Below are positions 23,278-35,386 of a DNA stretch of 64,000 nucleotides, one piece after another. Both the position numbers and the translations under genes were made by a program. Numbering within the stretch: position 1 is the stretch's first letter; the number at the start of each line of letters is the position of its first letter. The DNA is from Hyaloraphidium curvatum SAG 235-1 (Eukaryota; Fungi; Monoblepharomycota). The notes below the pieces were generated by a model. The model was not told where the DNA came from. It did no database searches and was given only the letters and a program-made list of their open reading frames with translations. The DNA lies in the NCBI GenBank assembly GCA_025558095.1, contig JAIVFI010000043.1:62001-126000 (forward strand), written 5' to 3'.

Positions 23278-24714
23278 ATGTCGTCCTTGGCATCCTCCGG
23301 GCGAATGGACCCCCTCGAGCCGTCCACGTACCGGCACCAGTACACGTGGCTCAACGGGATCCGCTTCCGTGGGGCCGCCCGCGGGAGACGCGCCGCGGAG
23401 GGCCGCTCACGCGCCCGACCCGCGCAGACTACGTCGACGAGGGCGAAAAGAACGACAAGCTGATGATTTTCTTCCACGGATACCCGGACGTGGGTGTTTT
23501 GGAAGGCGCTGCCGCCCTGGGAGCTGGGAACCGACCCCCTCCCCGCTCCGGCTCGACGGCAGTTCTGGTACGGCTGGCGCTACCAGGTGCCGCACTTCGT
23601 GAAGCTCGGGTACCGCGTCATCGTGCCCGACCTGCGCGGCTACAACGAGACGCTGAACCCCTACGTGGGCCACGACGGGCCGGACGTGGACGCCAACCTC
23701 GCGCCCTTCACACTGGAGGGGCTGTCGTCGGACATGTGCGGGCTGCTGGACCAGCTGGGGTACGCGGGGAAGAAGGTGGTCGTCGTGGGGCACGATTGGT
23801 GGGTTGTTCGGGGCGGATCGATGTTGGAACGGAGTCTGATCCGCGGTGCCGGGGTACAGGGGCGGGTGGTTCGCCTGGCGCTTCGTCCAGAGGCACCCCG
23901 AGCGCGTCCGTGCCGTTGCCGTCCTCTGCACAGCGTACACGGCACCAAACAAGAGCTACGTTAGCACCGAGAAGCTCGCCCAGATGTGGGTTCTGCCGGC
24001 TGTCCGCCCCCGGTTGCCCCACCGCTCACCGACGACGGCATCCAGCTACCCCAACTGGATGTACCAGGTCTTCTTCAACTCCCCCGGCGCCGAAGCCCAG
24101 CTCCTCTCCTCCATCAAGCTGTACTTCACCCTCACCCTCCGGGGCGCGGCCGACTTCTCGACGGTCCCGGCGGAGCTGCGGACGCAGCTCTACACCCGCG
24201 ACCGGTGGGCGCTGGCGGGCAAAACGCCGGAGGAGGTCGGGATCAAGAGGGGCACGATGGTGACGGAGAAGGAGCTGGAGGAGTACGTCAAGGCGTACAC
24301 GAGGGGCGGGTTCAACGGCGGCCTCAACTGGTTCGTTATCCGGCCAACGCGGCGACGATGTTGCTGATTCTCCGCATCGTGCCGAACAGGTACCGAGTGC
24401 GCCACCTGAACCACGACCAGGAGGTCAAGCTGAACCCCGTCATCGACCAGTTCCCGGCCCTGATGGTCACCGCCGGCAAGGATCCCGCGCTGAGTACGTC
24501 GTACGCCGCAGCTCTAGTCCTGTCGCCGCTGACGCTGCTCCCCGCAGGCCCTGCCATGGCCCGCAAGATGCACCAGTTCATTCCGAACCTTCGGATGGAG
24601 CACATCGAGGAGGGCGGCCACTGGCTGCAGGTGGAGCACCACGCGACCATCAACTCGATGATCGAGAAGTGGCTCAAGGAGGTGGTCGAGGCGCCGGGGA
24701 AGGGGAAGCTGTGA
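23278..24714 (+). CDS. Epoxide hydrolase-like alpha/beta hydrolase, multi-exon
   Basis: FFHGYPD, WYGWRYQ, PDLRGYN, GHDW|GG, GGLNW|YR, GHWLQVE. Confidence 0.88.
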
Positions 24715-25089
24715 AGGTTGTGTTGCGTATTTGGAAAGATGTTGATTGGCGTCGAAGTTCTGCTTCTTGCGAGATCGCTCCGCCCGTCAGACGTCCCCCA
24801 ACTCAGCTCCCGTCCACCATTCCAAAATGCTCCCCAATCCGGCCTTCGTCCTCACGCTCCACCCTACAACTTGTGACGGTGCTCGTGTGGCCTACGACCC
24901 GGCACAGGGAAGCCACCGGATCCTGGAGACCCGCAGGCGGCGGTGCCCCGAATCTCCCCATCCGGCAGCTGCGGCGCTCAGGTTCGCCGCCCAGGGGGTC
25001 GCAGCGGACTTGGGTGCCTGCCCTCAGGATCCCATTGGTGCGTGGATATGCTGGAAGGGCAGAAAAGAGGGCGTCTGAACCCGATGACG

Positions 25090-25803
25090 TGGCGCGGAGA
25101 TCCTGGTCCCGTTCGAGGTCGGTGACGCGGGCATCGAAACGGACTCGGGTCCTCTCGGGGTGAACTTGGGCGGAAAAAGGATCCTGAGCAAGCGGGAGCT
25201 CGTCGACATCCTGGGCTTCGGGACAGGATCGTGGACGTCGCCTCGCTCCACGCGGCGGACGCCGTAGGCGAGCTGACGGCGCGCCAGGAAGCTCCCGGCA
25301 CGGGGACGATACTCGTCGTCCGCATCTCGAGCTACGTGGCTTCGTCGCTCATCTCCGATGGGCGCGTGGTGGGCGGGCCGCGCGGGCTTGCCGGGGCCCA
25401 GTTCTTCGACGACCACGCGGGGACCGTGGAGACCATGCTGGCGATGCCCAGCAAAGTTCCAGCTGGAGAGTAGTGAGTCTGGGAGGGAAGAGCTTGATTC
25501 TTTTGATCTCAATGGGAATCTAGTACCCGGCGCCTCCAGCGCCTTTTGCAGATCGGGGACTCGTTGGCCGACTACGACGCCATTGTGATATCCGGGGAGA
25601 TCTGCGACCAGCACAACGAGAAGTGGCTCCGCGCTGCCATCAGGGGTCTCGGATTGCGCTGCCAGTCGGTGTCGTTCGCACGCCGGCGAGGGGCGTCGAT
25701 GCTGGTCGGAGGGGCGGTCCTCGCGAAGGAGTGCAAGGAGAGATCGGCAATTCTCAAAAAAGAAGAAGATAAAGGTGTAGGAAACTTCAATGTGGCTGCT
25801 TGA
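25090..25803 (+). pseudogene. Degenerate ROK-family-like fragment
   Basis: ILVVRISSYVASSLISDGRVVGGPRGLAG, DAIVISGEI and ASMLVGGAVLA resemble ROK motifs; apparent frameshift near 25225 and no clear start. Confidence 0.35.
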
Positions 25804-25949
25804 ATACATATGAAGCTTCTTCAATGGAGATGTTGGGCTCCTCGGCCCGTGGTCGGTCGTGTGCTTTTGGACGCGCTCTTGGACACGCTCCAAATCTGGT
25901 TCTCGTAACGTCGGATCGCGTTCCCGCCGGTGACCACGCTGGGGGCGGC

Positions 25950-26843
25950 ATGAGCTATAGCGGCCCGTTGCCCGACCACGGGCGCTTCGGCTATTCGGCG
26001 ATCACCGACCGCAGCGACTACACGTGGCCCGGCGGCGCGCGGCTGGCGGTGTACATCGGCTTGAACCTCGAGCACTTCGCGTTCGGCGAGGGCCTGGGCG
26101 CGTCCATCGGCCCGCAATCGCCGCAGCCCGACGTGCTGAACGCGTCGTGGCGCGAGTACGGCAGCCGTGTCGGCGCGTGGCGCTGCCTCGAGCTGTTCGA
26201 TCAGCTCGCTCTGCCGGTGGCCGCGATCGTCAACACCTCGATGCTGGACCACGCGCCGGACCTGGTTCGCGCGCACGTGGCGCGCGGCGACGAGCTGGTC
26301 GGCCACGGCCACACCAACTCGGAGCGCCAGGGGACGATGGACGAGCCCGCCGAGCGCGCGCTGATCGAGGCGTGCCGCGACCGCCTGGCCGCCTTCGCGG
26401 GCACGCCGCCGCTGGGCTGGCTGTCGCCGTGGATCAGCGAGAGCCGCGTCACGCCCGACCTGCTGGAAGAGGCCGGCTACGCGTACACGCTGAACTGGTG
26501 CCACGACGACCAGCCGCTGCCCATGGCTACGCGCAGCGGCCGGCCGCTGTGGGCGGTGCCGTACCCGCAGGAGGTGAACGACATCCCGATGATCGTCGCC
26601 CGCAAACTCGAGGGCCCGGCGTTCGCCGACCTGGTGATCGACCACTTCGACGAGATGCTATCGCAGAGCGCGCGCCAGCCGCTGGTGATGGGCATCGCGC
26701 TGCACCCGTACCTGGTGGGCCAGCCGCACAGGCTGAAGCACCTGCGGCGCGCGCTGCAGCACATCGTCGCGCGGCGTAGCGAGCTGTGGATCACAACGCC
26801 CGGCGCCATCTACCGGCATGCGTCGGCGCTGCATCGGGGGTAG
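25950..26843 (+). CDS. Polysaccharide deacetylase family (CE4, PuuE-like), intronless
   Basis: WPGGARLAVYIGLNLEHF, WREYGSRVG, GHG, GWLSPW, DDQP, PYPQEVND, IALHPYLVGQPHR. Confidence 0.88.
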   Translation: MSYSGPLPDHGRFGYSAITDRSDYTWPGGARLAVYIGLNLEHFAFGEGLGASIGPQSPQPDVLNASWREYGSRVGAWRCLELFDQLALPVAAIVNTSMLDHAPDLVRAHVARGDELVGHGHTNSERQGTMDEPAERALIEACRDRLAAFAGTPPLGWLSPWISESRVTPDLLEEAGYAYTLNWCHDDQPLPMATRSGRPLWAVPYPQEVNDIPMIVARKLEGPAFADLVIDHFDEMLSQSARQPLVMGIALHPYLVGQPHRLKHLRRALQHIVARRSELWITTPGAIYRHASALHRG

Positions 26844-27056
26844 CTGCAGCGCAGCGATCTTGCACTGCTCAGCGCGGTCGTTCCGGCCATCGCGGGTTGG
26901 AAGCGACAATCCGGATGTAGAATCTTGAGTAGATGGGCGATAGTTAGAAATTTGGCGAGGGGGTGGCCAGTTGCTCCCAACGATGACTGGACGCCCCTCC
27001 CACTCGAGCAGAGTCGACAACAGCAAGCTACTCGCGGTCGATCGCCCGCAGCCGCA

Positions 27057-27905
27057 ATGGAGGCTTCTACGGAAGAGTGCTCTCTGCTCCCCACGGAAAT
27101 ACTTGGCGAAATCATGGAGAAGCTCGAAGCCGCCGGCCTCAAGAAGACGCTCCTCGAAATCGCCCTCGCGTCCCGCTCGTACTTCGCCATCGGCGAGAAG
27201 CTGCTTTTCCGCACGATCTGGGTGACGCCTGGAAACGCGGTTGCGGTGGAACGAGTCTCCAGGGCGCGCAAGGGCATGTTCAGCGACTTTGCCAATGCTT
27301 TCGCGTGGAGAGGAGAGTTCGGCGACTTCCACGTCAGCTCGTCGGCCCTGGGCGCACTAATGCCAGCATGGGAGCTTCTCTGGGCCCTGAAGCCTCTGCG
27401 CTTGACTGGACTCGACCATGGCGGCTCTAATGCGGTCATCGAGACCCTCTTCCAGGGACAACACGGACCTACGCTGCCGGTGGTCGATCTGAGCGAGCCC
27501 TCTGCCATGGATCTCTTCGAACGGCTCCTGCACTACCGTCGCAAAGCCCATTTCCCCGGACACGACCTTCTGAAGACGCCGGAGCAGATCATGAACTACA
27601 TGGCGGACGTCGGCAACAAGCGAATCATCGATCTTCTCATCGTCCGGCGCCCCAAATACACCCCGCAGGAGCTGGAGCATCCGCAGATACTATTGGAGAA
27701 CATCAAGGGTTACCTGAAGACCCTCAAGGATCCCCACGTGGCGACCGACTCGCTCATCCTGGAGCTCGCGTACATGCTCCGCACCGTCAAGTACCCGCTG
27801 GGGCTCGCCAAGGTCGGAAGGATCGTGGTCCGCGAGATCGACGCGGGAGGCCCCGGGCAGCGAGAGCTCTGGAGCGGGTTGCCGAACGTGACGATCGTGG
27901 ATTAG
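27057..27905 (+). CDS. Hypothetical protein with F-box-like N-terminus
   Basis: LLPTEILGEIMEKL...LALASR pattern; single open frame. Confidence 0.55.
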   Translation: MEASTEECSLLPTEILGEIMEKLEAAGLKKTLLEIALASRSYFAIGEKLLFRTIWVTPGNAVAVERVSRARKGMFSDFANAFAWRGEFGDFHVSSSALGALMPAWELLWALKPLRLTGLDHGGSNAVIETLFQGQHGPTLPVVDLSEPSAMDLFERLLHYRRKAHFPGHDLLKTPEQIMNYMADVGNKRIIDLLIVRRPKYTPQELEHPQILLENIKGYLKTLKDPHVATDSLILELAYMLRTVKYPLGLAKVGRIVVREIDAGGPGQRELWSGLPNVTIVD

Positions 27906-27971
27906 CGCAAGTGGACGTCAAGGAGAATCAGTTGCATGAGCAGGAGGAGTGGATAGCAAGGGTCCCCTTCG

Positions 27972-29318
27972 TCATCCCTCCATCATCCTCGTCGGTCGTT
28001 TCCACCCCGTTACTACCTTCTGCCGACCCGAGACTGCGTCCTCATCCGGCTTTTCTGGCCCCACGTCGACCTCCACCTTCGGGTCGGCATCAGCGACATC
28101 TTCGTCGCCCTCGCCCTCCTTCCCCGGCTCCGGCGGGGGATAAACGATGTTCCTGACCTCCGTCTCGCCCCTGACAATGCTGCCCGCGATCCGGAGCGTC
28201 GTCTCGAACTGGTGGTAGATGGAAACGAGGTGCCCGTAGCAGAACCGGAGCGCGTTCTTGCGCAGGACCAAGTGGTCGCCGCGGAGGTAGCGCTCCGTGA
28301 GGATCTCCACGAGCCTGTCCAGGTCGGCCTCGGCCACCTGGATCCCGTAGGTCCGGAAGTCGATCATCTGCTCGAACGGCGTGACGTAGCCGTCGGCGAG
28401 GAGCACCGGCACGCCGCCCGAGCACACCGCCTCGGTGAAGCGGTACGAAAACTCGGCGTCCCCGCGCGGCGCGAGGACAAAGGCCGAGGACGAGAGCAGG
28501 TTGTCGAAATTGTAGCTCGGATCCCACGAGTCCACGATGATGACCCCCTGGGTCTCGTTGTGGAGCTCCAACATTCGCTTCCTCAAAGGGTATGCCTTTG
28601 TGTTGCCCTTGAAGCTGGCAAAGTACGTGTAGAGCGGATCGCGGAAAGCGTTGCGGTCGCCCTCCTTCCGCGTCCGTGCCCGGCGAAGCGAGTGAAACTG
28701 CGGCATTCGCTCGAACCTCGTCCACCTCTCCTGGAAGGGAGGCGGGAGCGAAATCGACGACTGAGGCTTGTAGCGGGTGGTCTTCATGTTGATATGGGCG
28801 TAGATGAGCGGGTGCTTCCCGTTATAAACTGCGTCGTCGAGGTCCTCCCACGGCGCGCTGTCGAGCATGAGGACACGCAGCTGCTTCCCGTTCCTCCCGG
28901 TCATCCCGCGGAGCGACCCCAGCGCGGCTTCGATGGCCTCGCTGCGGCAGATCTTCTCCTCCTTGCCGGCGACGCCGTTGCCCCTCCAGCCCGTGTTGAA
29001 CGGCCAGTTGGTCTCATAGGACAAGTATCCAGGGAACACGGCGACATCCGCCCGCGACGGGTCCGCGACGCGCGCGGGGTGGTTCTCGAAGAAAACGTAC
29101 GACGCCCCGCCGTAGACCGTGAAGGCGCAGTTCCGAAGCTTTGGAAATCGCGCGGGGAGGCCCTCCAGCTCGACCAGGTAGAACGGCGGCGCGTCTTTTG
29201 GGTCGACTTTCCGCAGCGCGCCGCGGGGCGCGCGGAACGCGGCAAAGGCGACGAGCGCCAGCGCCGCCAGGCAGATCAACCGCAGGCGGCCGCGCGACCA
29301 GTAGACGCGGGCGACCAT
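27972..29318 (-). CDS. Exostosin-family glycosyltransferase (GT47), type II membrane protein
   Basis: N-terminal TM; ASFKG, SAFVLAPRGD..SYRFTEAVCSGGVPVLLAD...PF. Confidence 0.88.
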   Translation of the reverse strand: MVARVYWSRGRLRLICLAALALVAFAAFRAPRGALRKVDPKDAPPFYLVELEGLPARFPKLRNCAFTVYGGASYVFFENHPARVADPSRADVAVFPGYLSYETNWPFNTGWRGNGVAGKEEKICRSEAIEAALGSLRGMTGRNGKQLRVLMLDSAPWEDLDDAVYNGKHPLIYAHINMKTTRYKPQSSISLPPPFQERWTRFERMPQFHSLRRARTRKEGDRNAFRDPLYTYFASFKGNTKAYPLRKRMLELHNETQGVIIVDSWDPSYNFDNLLSSSAFVLAPRGDAEFSYRFTEAVCSGGVPVLLADGYVTPFEQMIDFRTYGIQVAEADLDRLVEILTERYLRGDHLVLRKNALRFCYGHLVSIYHQFETTLRIAGSIVRGETEVRNIVYPPPEPGKEGEGDEDVADADPKVEVDVGPEKPDEDAVSGRQKVVTGWKRPTRMMEG

Positions 29319-29830
29319 CTTCCCTGCGCCCGCGTGAGCTGGTTGGCATGTTAGCGAGTGACCGTGGTCCCTGTCCGACTGTCCGCTCTCCGCCCGCAAT
29401 CGCGTGGACCGGACCTAGGAACCATCGTCGTCGGCGACCTTTACACGACAGGCTGTTGCTAACAGATTTCAGTGGAGAACTCTGACCTAATGCGGCGTCC
29501 GATCCTCTTGTTTCGGGGCCGATATGGCATTCCACGAGGGACGTCGTGTAGCTTTCGGAAGCTCGATCCTTCGCGCATGTCGGTTATCAAATGAGGCGCA
29601 TTTCGGTCCATGGACACTCTGAAGCTTGATTCGAGCTCGAAGCATCGCGACCATGTGCCGGCAAGAGGGTTGGGAGACGGCAGCCAAGCCCCGCAGTTCT
29701 CGCGCCTGTGCTGTGTCGCTTATCGGCCACCTGCCCCCGAATACACCCCGTACGTCCTCAGGCGGTCGGGCGCCGTGCGGCTTCCCCGCTGACCCGCAAC
29801 GCCAGCTCCACCGTCCGCCCGGCACCCGCG

Positions 29831-30839
29831 ATGGCCGCGGGCAGCACCATGACGCCCAGCCCGGGCAACCTCTTTGCCGGCACCATCCTGTCAAACGGTC
29901 CCTTCGTCTGGAACATGGAGGAGGACTGGAACCTCTCCGTCTATTCCGGGGACGATCTGCTCACCCCGCTCGCGCGCCTGGCGCTCAAGGGCCGCGCCGC
30001 GCCTGGCACCCGCGAACTGCGGTTCATGGAGTTTACCCCAGAGGGGTTTGAATTCCACGCCGACAACGGGCGTGGGGACATCGAGCTGGCGCTCGAGGCC
30101 GCATTTTCTTCGGGTCCGGTGGACAGGATCGAGATGGACGAGAAGGGGAAGGTGACCTTCTACTCTGGAGACAAGCCGGTGTACACGCTCGAGGGGAAGG
30201 ACGCTGCAGAGGTCGAGGACGGGTTCTTCCGCTTCACCGGTAGGATTCCTGTGCCATATGTGCCGGTGATTGAGCTGATCAAGCGCAGCTCATAAGCCCA
30301 GCAAACCCAAGGCAGCCGCACCCCCGGCACCGGTGGCCGACGGCAGCAGCGTGACTCCCAAGCCCGGCAACCTCTTCACCGGCACTATCGTTTTCAATGG
30401 CAATTTCGTCTTTAACGTGGAGGAGGATTGGAACCTCTCCGTCTATTCTGGCGACGATCTGCTCAGCCCGCTCGCGCGGCTGGCGCTCAAGGCCCGCGCA
30501 GCGCCGGGGACGAGGGAGCTGAGGTTCATGGAGTTCGTTCCCGAGGGGTTCAAGTTCCATGCCGACGATGGGTGCGGGGACATTGAGCTTGCGCTCGAGG
30601 CGGCATTTTTGGGGGGCCCGGTGGACAGGATCGAAATGGACGCAGAGGGCAAAGTCACGTTCGTTTCCGGAGACAAGGTCGTGTACACGCTGGAGGGAGA
30701 GGACGCTGGAGCGGCCGACGATCGGTTCTTCCGCTTCACAGGTAGGTTCCACGTCAGCCTCATGCCGTTGATAGCGCTGATCTGAGTAGCCCACAAGCCC
30801 AGTAAGAACAAGCATGGGGCAGTGCACGACAGGCATTGA
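29831..30839 (+). CDS. Two-domain protein with tandem divergent bulb-type (GNA-like) lectin repeats; possible upstream exon from 29610
   Basis: The two similar ORFs join in frame through intron 30240-30288; an equivalent intron ends at 30789; EEDWNLSVY resembles QxDxNxVxY. Confidence 0.6.
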
Positions 30840-31110
30840 TTGAGGGTGATCGGCCGTAGAGGGATGTGTGGAAGCGGTGCATGAGGTCGGTGAGACGAAA
30901 GGATGATGAGAGGTCCTGTACCTGGACGGCCCAGTCAGAAAGCATATTGTCTTTTTGGACGATTACCAAGGAATGAGCTTCTGATCGCTCGTATAGCAGT
31001 CGCTCTGCTCCGTCGATGGTACCATTATGGATCGGAAAATCGGCGTTTCCTTGTTCGAAGCCCCGACTCGCGCTGTATCCCAGGCGCGAACACGCCGCAC
31101 ATTCGCAAAG

Positions 31111-33704
31111 ATGCCGCGTGTTCTGCACGTCGCAGTCGCGGCGTTGGCGGCGCTTGCGCTCTCCGGGGCTCAAGCGGGCCTGGCGCCGCCCCATGACGAG
31201 ATGGTCGACACTCGTACTGTGGATCCCGCCCAGTGGTTCCAGAATGCCGAGAACGAGGTGCTGGCCTGGTGGAACGCGCTCACGACGAACGCATCATCCG
31301 TTACTCCGGATGGCCGGCTGCTTGCGCGTCAGATCCAGCAGTTTCTCGCCGAAGCGGGACCCTCGACCTCGGCTTCCGGAGCCGGCGACAAGGCGGCGAG
31401 CGCGACCACGAAGGGCGACGTGAACAAGCCCCGGCCCAACTTTGTCATTGTCCTCGTCGACGACATGGACCTCATGATGGGATCGCTTGACGTGCTGCCC
31501 AAGATCCGGAAGGTGCTCCGCGAGGAAGGTACTGTACACGGCCGGGAGCCCTCGAGCTGCTCGACGTGCTAACTTTTGTCAAGGTACCGAGTTCCGGAAC
31601 CACTTCGTCACCTGCTCGGTCTGCTGCCCGTCGAGGATGAGCCTGCTCACCGGGATGTTCGCGCACTCGACCAACTTCACCGACGTCGTGGCACCCGGAG
31701 GCGGGTGGGAGCGGATGTTTAAGCTCGTGAGTGAACTTCTCCTCCAGCTGCACTGACCAGCAATGACCATGAGTTTGACGGCTTCCGCTCAGGGCCTTAC
31801 CGACATCTCGCTGCCCAAGTACCTGAACGACGCGGGCTATACCACGGCCTTCTTTGGCAAGCTCGTGAACCAGTACCTTCCGCGCAACTTCCAGCTCGTC
31901 CCGCCCGGCTGGGACCTGTTCGACTCGCTCGTGAACCCATGGATGTACAACTTCTACCAGACGGTCATGGCCAAGAACGGCGACACCATCAAGGTCAGCC
32001 AAAACGGGGTTAACGGGTTTCCATGTAGATCTGACCGCCTTTGTTTGCTGCAGTTCTACCCGAAGAAGCACCAGTCGGACATCATCACCTCCAAGGCTAC
32101 GACGGCGATCCGTGACGCGGCCCGCATGAAGAAGCTCAAGAAGGACGAGGGCGTCGACAAGCCTTTCTTCCTCTACGTCGCGCCTACCATGCCGCACACC
32201 GAAACCCGCTTTAAGGCCACGGGCGAGTTCCCCGACCCGCCCATCCCCTTCACCCCGCAGCAGTTCCTCCGCCTCCTGATCGGCAACATGGGCGACACGG
32301 GCGGCTTCAGCGGCCCCGGCATGTCGGACCAAGGGGGCAACCCGATGGACGGCCGCCTCCTCGTGCCCGGCGTCGTCATCCAGACAACCGAGGTGATCCC
32401 CGCCGAGCGGCACCGGCACCTCTTCCCGGACTCCAGGGTGCCGCGGGACCCGAACTTCAACCCGGACGTACAGGACAAGCCCGGGTGGATCGGCAAGCTG
32501 CCCAAGTTGAACCAGACGCGGATCGACAGGATGGACCACTGGTACCGCCAGCGGCTCAGGGGCCTCATGTCGGTCGACGATATGGTCGGGGACATTGTCG
32601 ACACCCTGCAGCAGACCGGGGAGCTCGACAACACCTACATTCTTTGTGCGTGGGCCGATGTGCTTCCCTCATTCCCATCTGACGCGGCCGCGCTGCATTG
32701 TCAGTCACGTCCGACAACGGCTGGCACCTCGGCCTGCACCGCCTCGGCGGCGGCAAGCTCACCCCCTACGAGCACGACATCCGCGTTCCCATGCTCGTAC
32801 GCGGCCCGGGCGTCCCCAAGAACCACGTGTCCAAGGACGTCACCACGCACACGGACATCGCCCCTACGCTGCTCAAGCTGGCCGGCATCCCGCTGCCGGA
32901 CCACTTCGACGGCGCGCCGATGCCGCTGCACGGGGAGGCCAAGGACGGGGAGAAGCTCGAGGCGTTCGGCGTCGAGTACTGGATCGGCCTTTTGGACGAG
33001 GAGGCGTCGAGCACGGTGAACGACAACAACTACAAGTCGGTCCGCTACATTGTGAGCCTCATCCGCCGAACTCCGGACGGAATGCTAACTTGCCCGCCAT
33101 CCAAGTCGAAATCCGGCCGCAACTATCTGTACACGGTCCGCTGCGAGGGCCACGAGCGCGAACTCTACGTATGTCCTCTTTTTCCTTCTCCGATCGCCCA
33201 CCCTCATTTGCTCCCCGAACAGGACCTCTCCAAAGACCCCTACGAGCTCCGCAACGCCGTCCGCGATCCTGCCTACGCCACCCTCGTGGACCGCCTTGAC
33301 GCCCTCCTTCAAGTGCTCCGCGGCTGCGCCGGCAAGACGTGCCGCGAGCCGTGGCTGAGGTACCACCCCGACGGCTCGGTCAGGTCCCTGGACGACGCGA
33401 TGGACGCCAAGCATGACGGGATATACAGGGCGCTGCCGAAGGTGACGTTCAGGGAGTGCAAGTGGGTTCCGTTCCGCGCAACGGCGGGGGATGACAGCTG
33501 ACGGTGCCGGCCAGCTGGATCCACGACCTCTACCGCGAGGGCCTCTCGGACGAGCCCGGCGCCACGGTGCGCCTCCCAGACAAGCCCGTCAGGCCGGCAC
33601 AGCCCAGGACGGCGGCGGACCTGGCTGCTGCAGGGTGGACCGACGCGCCGGTGGAGAAGGACGGGCTGGATTTGAGGATGCCCAAGGCCAGGGCCAGGAT
33701 GTGA
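31111..33704 (+). CDS. Secreted sulfatase (N-acetylglucosamine-6-sulfatase/arylsulfatase-like), multi-exon
   Basis: Signal peptide, PNFVIVLVDD, CCPSR (CxPxR), GYTTAFFGK, SDNGWHLG, PYEHDIRVP, DPYEL. Confidence 0.92.
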
Positions 33705-33809
33705 TGCCCGCGGAGGGGGCGTGGACGCCCGAGGGGTATGCTATTGGAAGAACGGCGCAAGATTGCCCCTCACTACATACATTATGCCCACGATCATTGC
33801 CAAAGATGA

Positions 33810-35011
33810 CTACTTGCGGCCAAAGAATCTGTTGACCGGGGCGAGCAGCCGCGTTACCAGCGGCTCCTGCGTGCCGTGGCTCGCCAGCGCGCCCTTGGTC
33901 GAGTAGTCCGCGAGCGTCTCGGCGGGGAAGGTGCCCGTCGCGTAGGTGCGGTAGAGGTCTGGATCGAAGGACGATCAGCGACTTCCCCGGCGGAACAGTG
34001 CCCGAATACCCACAGTCCACGATCCGGAACCAAAGCCCGCTCTCGAACCCCGTGTTGGGGTCCCGCAGGTACAGTCCCCAGCCGCCCGGCGCCGCGTGCT
34101 CCGTCCCCCAGGGGGTCGGCTTCCACACGTGCTTCATCTCGAGCGAGCACAGCGCCTCGCGGACCATCGCCGAGCCGGGGTTGGCCGTCGACGCCCAGAG
34201 CTCCAGCGGCCTCGCCGGTTCCTTCGAGGGGCAGCGCAGGATGCCGGTCTCGATGCCCTGGAACGAGAGGAGGCGGACGAGCGTCGGCAGGCCGAAGGCA
34301 AGGAAGCGGTTGCGCAGGGTGAGGGCGAACGGGCGGGCGGGCTCGGCGGGGCCGTAGTGCGCGTAGAGGTACTTGATGATGTCTTCGGATTCGTAGAGCT
34401 TGGTGGAGGTGTTGGGGTCGACCAGGAAGGGGAACTGGGCACGGCCCCCGAGTTCCATGACCGTGGGGCGGTAGCGGGAGTCGGAGGAGACTGCGGACGG
34501 GCGGAGCACGCGTGTGAGGTGGTCGAGGAAGCAGTGGCGAGCTCGAATGATCACGCACCGACGCCGTACTGCTTGATCGTCAGGCGGGGGGTTGGGTAGA
34601 CCTCCACTTCGAGGTCAAGGGCCGAGATTGCCTCGCGGACCTGATCCCGGGCAGAGAACGCGTCAGGCGGGGCCAAACGGGATCGTAGCCCAACGAGCAG
34701 TCACCCACGTTGCGGCAGAAGGGGCAGCCCGCCCACTCGTACAGCTGAAGCCGTTTCGCAGGCCTCCTCCTCCCCTCCTTGCCGACGACCGCGATACCGC
34801 CCGAACCAAAGCGTGCGAGCACGTACAGCGTGGCGCTGGCCCAGTTCGCGCCCAGGAACAGCGACAAGTACTTTATTAGCGCGAAGAGGGCCTTGGCGCT
34901 GGTGAAGGGGCCGCGTGGAACGAGGCCGGCCGGGGGCTCGGCGCGCTGGGGAATGATGACCGGCCCGGCCTCGAGGTCCGCGGCGGCGGCAGCGGCGGGA
35001 GCGGCAGACAT
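33810..35011 (-). CDS. Tandem GST-N/glutaredoxin-like domain protein
   Basis: LYEWAGCPFCRNVRE, GGRAQFPFLVDPNT...YESEDIIKYL, and a degenerate second repeat (VREALCSLE...DPNTG). Confidence 0.8.
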
Positions 35012-35386
35012 CGCGATGCGGGCTGGCTGCCAGGCACTGCGGGGCCAAACGCGTCGCGATGGTCGAGCTCGTCGGCGGCGGTGTGTTTGGCGATTCGATC
35101 GCTGTTGACATGTGAAACCCCCGATCGGTCTCGACGACGCGTGCCCCCCCGGGCAGGTCGCTGGTCCAGGTCGAGTCCGTCTCGCCTCGTCTGGCGACCA
35201 TCCATCCTAGCGCGACTGAACCTAGCGAACTCTCGTCGAGCGAGTTCGCGGCCTGAGAAACCGATGCCTCGAGGCCCGATCGGATCCAGGGTCATCCGCA
35301 AAACTCCGACCTTGCGGACGCGGACGGATATAAAAGGCGGTCGACGGAACTGATTCCTGCTTCCACCTTTGCCCGCTGTCTCCGAA

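Noticed and set aside
30333-30785. Separate GTG-initiated paralogue
   Set aside because: Better explained as an internal exon of the upstream gene.
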